From assembly GCA_963674705.1 (NCBI GenBank), contig OY771506.1:1-64000 (forward strand): a stretch of DNA of 64,000 nt. The letters run 5' to 3'. This DNA comes from Phycisphaeraceae bacterium. GTDB taxonomy: Bacteria > Planctomycetota > Phycisphaerae > Phycisphaerales > Phycisphaeraceae. The notes under the pieces were generated by a model that was not told the origin of the DNA, searched no databases, and was given only the letters and a program-made list of their open reading frames with translations. Position 1 is the first letter of the stretch, and every line of letters starts with the position of its first letter. Shown piece after piece: positions 58,818 through 64,000 of this stretch. A program made the translations under genes and the position numbers.

Positions 58818-59002
58818 CCGGATTTTATCCTCCGATTGATAGGCAAGCGCGGTTAAGTAAATGGCCGATCAAACTGGAGTCCGGCGGATTAGAATGCGTC
58901 AATAATGCAGTACACTACTGCCCTGTTTTGCGGGCGGAATCACAGCGACCCAGTACATGCGGCTATCGCATGACCTAATATGGTTGGAAGGGATCTGTTT
59001 CA

Positions 59003-60421
59003 TTGACAGACGCCATTGCCACGGAATCCGATACGACACAGATTACAGACCCGACGGATGAGGTAGAAACACCCACCGGATTCGGGCAGGACACGGATGT
59101 GGATGACCCGGCCAATCCGTCTCGGACCGGCGAAGACTTCCCGCTGAAGATCCTGATCGCTTGTGATAGCGCCTCGCTTCGATTCGGTGGGGAAGCCGCC
59201 CTGCCGCTGCACTACTTCCGATACCTGCTAAGCCACGGCATCGACTGCCGACTGGTTGTTCACGAGCGTTGCAGGGAAGAACTGGTCGAGTTTTTCCCCG
59301 ATGCCCAGGACAGGGTCGACTACATCGAGAACACCTGGATGGATCGCTTCCTGTGGCGGTGTCGTACCGCGATCCCGGGCAGACTCGGTCACTTTTCGTT
59401 CGGGCTGATCTTGCGATTGAGTACGCAGATCAAACAGCGCAGACGCGTATTAAATACCATCAGGAAGCACAAGATCGACCTGGTGCATCAACCCACACCG
59501 GTTTCACCCCGAGAGCCGTCGGCATTGTTCGGGCTGGGTGTGCCTCTGGTTATCGGGCCGATGAATGGCGGGATGGATTACCCGGAGCCTTTCCGCCAGA
59601 TGCAGAACAAGATGGTGGACTTCGGTATGTGGTCCGGTCGGCTATTCTCCAATCTGTTGAACCGGATCATCCCCGGCAAGCGGCAGGCTCAGACGTTGCT
59701 GGTCGCCAATCAACGTACGAATCTGGCGTTGCCGTCGTGCCTGCGTGGCGAGGTATACGAGTTGGTGGAAAACGGTGTCGACCTGAAGGTCTGGCAGAGC
59801 CCGCCAAGATCAGATGACGCGTATGAGCCGGGACGCCCGGCCCGTTTTGCCTACTTGGGTCGGCTGGTGGACTGGAAGGCGGTAGACCTGCTGCTGGAGG
59901 CGTTCGGGCGCGTGGTTCAAGAGACCCCGGCCGTGCTTGAGATCATCGGTGACGGGGAGGACCGTGAAGCGTTACAGAAACAGGCCGATGCGTTAAACCT
60001 GCGGGATAATTGTGCGGTGCGTTTTACCGGCTGGTTATCGCAACAAAAATGTGCAGAGCGACTGGCCCAAGCAGATGTGCTGGTGTTGTCGAGCCTGCTG
60101 GAATGCGGCGGCGCAGTGGTCCTGGAAGCGATGGCGATCGGGCTGCCGGTGGTCGCGACGCGTTGGGGCGGGCCGGTGGATTATCTGGACGATACCTGTG
60201 GCTTCCTGATCGAACCCAGTTCGCGTCCTGACTTTATCCAAGGCTTGACGGACGCGATGGTGAAACTGGCCAAGAATCCCGAGTTACGTAAGCAGATGGG
60301 GGATGCGGGACGCCAGAAGGTGGTTACACACTTCGACTGGGAGACCAAGGGCCGATTCATACTGGATGTTTACAAGGACAGTTATCAGCACTATCACAAA
60401 CGGGTTGGCTCAAAGGCCTGA
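59003..60421 (+). CDS. Glycosyltransferase family 4
   Basis: GRLVDWKA; ECGGAVVLEAMA; start codon uncertain. Confidence 0.88.
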   Translation: MTDAIATESDTTQITDPTDEVETPTGFGQDTDVDDPANPSRTGEDFPLKILIACDSASLRFGGEAALPLHYFRYLLSHGIDCRLVVHERCREELVEFFPDAQDRVDYIENTWMDRFLWRCRTAIPGRLGHFSFGLILRLSTQIKQRRRVLNTIRKHKIDLVHQPTPVSPREPSALFGLGVPLVIGPMNGGMDYPEPFRQMQNKMVDFGMWSGRLFSNLLNRIIPGKRQAQTLLVANQRTNLALPSCLRGEVYELVENGVDLKVWQSPPRSDDAYEPGRPARFAYLGRLVDWKAVDLLLEAFGRVVQETPAVLEIIGDGEDREALQKQADALNLRDNCAVRFTGWLSQQKCAERLAQADVLVLSSLLECGGAVVLEAMAIGLPVVATRWGGPVDYLDDTCGFLIEPSSRPDFIQGLTDAMVKLAKNPELRKQMGDAGRQKVVTHFDWETKGRFILDVYKDSYQHYHKRVGSKA

Positions 60422-60468
60422 AAACCGTTTTGGCGGATCCAATTCAATAGCCCGGTCCAGGGGACCCG

Positions 60469-61956
60469 ATGAATCAGCAGATGACGACCGCAGATCAGGA
60501 ACCAACTAAACGGCTGCGCCTCTTTTGGCTGTACGTGCTGCTGATCACCGCCCTTGCCGGCGGGATGCGCCTGTATAACCTCGACAAGTACAGCTTCTGG
60601 GAAGATGAACTCTACACCGTCAGGTCCAGCAGCACGCTGGAGCAGGGGCAGCTATCCAAGCGGTTGGGCTACGTGCCGTCGGCGATTGGGCTGATGGCAA
60701 CGGGTGTCGATCTGGATGAGGTGACGCCGAAGAATACAGCCCAGTGGCAAACAATGGGCGTCACGGAATGGGGCGTACGGATCGGACCGAGCATCGTGGG
60801 GATCTTGACGATCCCGCTGCTGGCGTGGGCGAGCAGACGGTTATTAGGCGACCGGACGACGCTGATCGCGGCATTGATCCTAACGGTTTCGCCCTGGCAT
60901 CTGTTCTGGTCTCAGGCCGGGCGGTATTACACGATCCAGTTCCTGTTCTACAACCTGGCGCTGGTGTGGTATCTGCGTTGTTGCCTGGAGAAGTCGGCGA
61001 GGTTGGCGGTGTTGTCATCGGCAGCGTTGGTGCTGGCGTACCTCTCGCAGCCGCCGGCACTGGTGATCTGCGTTGTGCTGGCAGGTGACGTGGTGATCAG
61101 CCTGATCCGTCGTGAGCCGATCGGCTTGGGAAAAGTTGGTTGGTCGGCGGGTGTCATCGCGGTACTGCTTTGCCTGGGTATTCAGTACTACGACATCAAC
61201 GCGAATAAAGAAGACTGGGCTTACTGGGGTGGGCTTGAAGGGCACAATTGGAAGATCATCGGCGCGAGCATGCTGCTGCGGAATCATCCGATGCTGATCG
61301 CTATCGCGGGGCTTAGCGGATTAGGCTTGCTGCGAAAGCAACCAAGGCTGGCGTGGTACTTCGGGATGGCTGCGGTGCTGCCGGTGCTTGCACTGATGGC
61401 ATTGAGTTTCAAACAAGGCATGTATGTCCACGAACGTTACTGCTTCGTCGTGCATTATGCATGGATCGTGCTTGCAGCGATGGGTTTGTCGGCCGCATGG
61501 GAAGCAACGTTGACGCATCACAGCCGGCTCATTGCCGCGGTGGGTGTAACGGCGGTCGTCTTTTCATTCTTGTGGGTGGACGTGGGTTATTACCCCGACG
61601 GGTACCGCAGACGCTGGAAAGAAGCGTTCGCTTACATCGAACCCTTGCGGCAGCCCGGGGAAGATGTGGCGTGTTTTTCATCCATCGGCACGCCGATCGC
61701 GCAATACTATCTTGAGACTGAAGACGTGCTTGAATACAGTGCGTTTCCAACAAGCCCGCAGATGTTGTCCGAACTGAAGCGACCGACCTGGCTGGTTCTT
61801 CCGGCGGTCTCGGCGACAAAGGGTGAGTTGTTCCCCTGGCTGAATGATGCAGCCGATCTGAAACGTTACTACGACCTGCGCGTATTACAGCCTTTCGCTT
61901 CCATCCGGGTTTATTACTACCAACCCCCCACCGTTAACGAACCCGGTCAAGATTGA
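60469..61956 (+). CDS. GT-C integral membrane glycosyltransferase (PMT/ArnT-like)
   Basis: TM1 followed by SFWEDE; SPWHLFWSQAGRYY; ERY; many TM segments. Confidence 0.75.
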   Translation: MNQQMTTADQEPTKRLRLFWLYVLLITALAGGMRLYNLDKYSFWEDELYTVRSSSTLEQGQLSKRLGYVPSAIGLMATGVDLDEVTPKNTAQWQTMGVTEWGVRIGPSIVGILTIPLLAWASRRLLGDRTTLIAALILTVSPWHLFWSQAGRYYTIQFLFYNLALVWYLRCCLEKSARLAVLSSAALVLAYLSQPPALVICVVLAGDVVISLIRREPIGLGKVGWSAGVIAVLLCLGIQYYDINANKEDWAYWGGLEGHNWKIIGASMLLRNHPMLIAIAGLSGLGLLRKQPRLAWYFGMAAVLPVLALMALSFKQGMYVHERYCFVVHYAWIVLAAMGLSAAWEATLTHHSRLIAAVGVTAVVFSFLWVDVGYYPDGYRRRWKEAFAYIEPLRQPGEDVACFSSIGTPIAQYYLETEDVLEYSAFPTSPQMLSELKRPTWLVLPAVSATKGELFPWLNDAADLKRYYDLRVLQPFASIRVYYYQPPTVNEPGQD

Positions 61957-62744
61957 TGAGCGAAGCGAGCGATTCCACAAAGAACCAGCGGATTGATCTG
62001 CGCGGCGTTGCGATCGACGTTTTAACGGAGCAAGGCTGCGTGGAGCGGTTGATCCGTGAATCGCAGGCCGGCCAAGGCGGTTGGGTGATCACGCCGAACC
62101 TGGATCACATGCGACGCGCGGAAACGGATGAAGAGTTCCGCACGATGCTGGATGAGGCGGATGTCGTGGTGGCGGACGGCATGCCGTTAATCTGGGCAAG
62201 CCGTCTCCAGGGCACCCCCCTGCCGGAGCGTGTGGCGGGTTCAGCGTTGGTCTGGTCCCTGGCAGAGGCGGCGGCGAAGGCGGATCGTTCACTGTACCTG
62301 CTGGGCGGTGATCCGGGCGCAGCAGACAAGGCGGCAGACGTGTTAAAAAACCGTTACCCGTCGCTACGGATCGCAGGCACGGACTGTCCCGAGTTCGGAT
62401 TTGATAAAGACCCCGCAAGAACAGCACAAGTTTTACAAAAAGTTCTGGAAGCCGGGCCCGATATCGTATATGTTGGATTGGGTTCGCCGAAACAGGAACG
62501 GTTGATCCAGAAAGCCCGGATGGATCTGCCACATGTCTGGTGGCTAGGGGTTGGAATCAGCTTGAGTTTCATCGCCGGAGACGTCAAACGCGCTCCCCGA
62601 TGGGTCCAGAAAATCGGTCTGGAATGGATGCACCGGTTATTGCAGGAGCCCGGACGGCTCGCCAAGCGGTACCTCGTGCATGGACTGCCCTTTTCCGCCC
62701 GATTATTAACTGGAGCGATCTTGCGACGGATAAGCGGCAAATAA
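61956..62744 (+). CDS. WecG/TagA/CpsF-family glycosyltransferase (GT26)
   Basis: TPNLDH, ADGMP, GLGSPKQE, RAP and GLEWMHRL..EP.RL..RY motifs. Confidence 0.9.
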   Translation: MSEASDSTKNQRIDLRGVAIDVLTEQGCVERLIRESQAGQGGWVITPNLDHMRRAETDEEFRTMLDEADVVVADGMPLIWASRLQGTPLPERVAGSALVWSLAEAAAKADRSLYLLGGDPGAADKAADVLKNRYPSLRIAGTDCPEFGFDKDPARTAQVLQKVLEAGPDIVYVGLGSPKQERLIQKARMDLPHVWWLGVGISLSFIAGDVKRAPRWVQKIGLEWMHRLLQEPGRLAKRYLVHGLPFSARLLTGAILRRISGK

Positions 62745-62891
62745 CCGATGCAAGAACCGGACGGCACGGGCGTTGATAAGGTTATTGGAACCCGCAGATC
62801 CATGGAACGTCGTACAATAGAGGCTGGAAGAGATTCCGCGAGACTAACACAACCCGTCAACAAGTGACGTGACCAGGACGTATCGATACAG

Positions 62892-63863
62892 ATGTACATC
62901 GATTCAGAAAAGCAACAACAAGGCGTACCGCAGGGGCCAGTCGTCCCCGACGCCGACAAGCCACAAACGTTGTGCAATGTACGTGCCGTTGTTCTGCTTG
63001 CCGGGTCCGTCCGTTCAACCAATCTTCGAAGAGCAACGGAGCGGTTCGTGATGGACCTGCCGTTGGACTCCCAGAAGACCATCCTGGATAGCTGGCACGA
63101 TCATCTGGACGATTTGGCCTATGAGTTGGGACTGGATCATTTGCCGGCGCGTGTGATGGTCAACCAGGCATCCGATCGGCCGACCGACACAAGCCGGACA
63201 GGGCCGGCCGAGGTCCAATTCCAGCAGGACCCGCTGGATTTTCGCGGCACGGGCGGATTGGTCAGCGATGTTGCCAAGGAATATGACGACGACGATTACC
63301 TGATCGTCGCAACCGCAAACCAGGTTCTTTTTACGCCATTACCAAGGCTGTTCGAGGCGATGGCCGCGAAGAAGGCGGACGTCTGCCTGCTCAGCGATCG
63401 TGACAGCCGCCCCAGGGGGATCACACTGATCCGTTGCGGGGTCTTGCGTGACATCGCGTCTGTAGGGTTCGTGGACCTGAATGAGCAAGCCCTGCCCGAG
63501 ATCGCCAAACACAACCGCGTAAAGGTGTGCCGATATGATCAGCCGGCCGGGATGGCGATCCGGACGCGACAGACTTACCTGGACGCGGTACGGATCCACC
63601 ACGAGCGGATGAACGGCAAGTGCCGACTCACGGGCTGCGAGCCCGACGAGGATTGGAGCGCCACTTTCAGCATCATCGAGCCCGGCGCCAGTGTAGATCC
63701 TTCGGCGATCGTACACGACTCTGTAGTGCTTGCGGGCGGTCGGGTGGAAGCCAACGCCGTGCTGGTCCGTTCGATTGTCGGCTCCAGGGGCTGGATCGGG
63801 GCGGGTGAATCGGTGGTGGATCGGATCGAAACCTCAGGCGGCAGCCGTCGCCGAAGGGCCTGA
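62892..63863 (+). CDS. Nucleotidyltransferase-like protein with C-terminal left-handed beta-helix (degenerate NDP-sugar pyrophosphorylase)
   Basis: AVVLLAG, RGTGG and hexapeptide tail (VDPSAIVHDSVVLAGGRVEANAVL). Confidence 0.65.
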   Translation: MYIDSEKQQQGVPQGPVVPDADKPQTLCNVRAVVLLAGSVRSTNLRRATERFVMDLPLDSQKTILDSWHDHLDDLAYELGLDHLPARVMVNQASDRPTDTSRTGPAEVQFQQDPLDFRGTGGLVSDVAKEYDDDDYLIVATANQVLFTPLPRLFEAMAAKKADVCLLSDRDSRPRGITLIRCGVLRDIASVGFVDLNEQALPEIAKHNRVKVCRYDQPAGMAIRTRQTYLDAVRIHHERMNGKCRLTGCEPDEDWSATFSIIEPGASVDPSAIVHDSVVLAGGRVEANAVLVRSIVGSRGWIGAGESVVDRIETSGGSRRRRA

Positions 63864-64000
63864 TTAACCGTAAGATGTGACAGTTAATCAGGATCAGGGG
63901 TCCTATAACGTTGAAACAAGTGCGATCCGGGGTACGTATGAGTCGTACGTACAGGGGTGGGTCTATACCCATCGGGTACGCGATTGGAGCCCTGATTCTG

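Overview
GC-rich bacterial DNA, most consistent with a planctomycete (Phycisphaerae-like; inferred from four dockerin-like + PEP-CTERM proteins and the gene content). The left half (1-36 kb) mixes housekeeping genes (thiE, an atypical rho, rimO, a ZIP transporter), secreted CAZymes and peptidases (GH35, GH5, GH43, a PL1-like lyase, SGNH, S41), a REP-associated tyrosine transposase (RAYT), an intact IS3-family element and intergenic mosaics of at least seven short palindromic or heptamer repeat families. The right half (36-64 kb) is mainly a large Wzx/Wzy exopolysaccharide locus. The most striking signals are: (i) a RAYT with 10 covarying GGGTGC-tagged REP hairpins, two inward-facing pairs of which each bracket an AT-rich lipoprotein ORFan with almost identical upstream spacing (cassette-like cargo); (ii) a coordinated flip of base skew and repeat orientation between about 13.7 and 17.5 kb; (iii) two candidate structured RNAs that begin just downstream of TATAAT boxes, one upstream of rho and one upstream of a YidE/AspT transporter. 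All product calls come from motif recognition only; no database searches were run.
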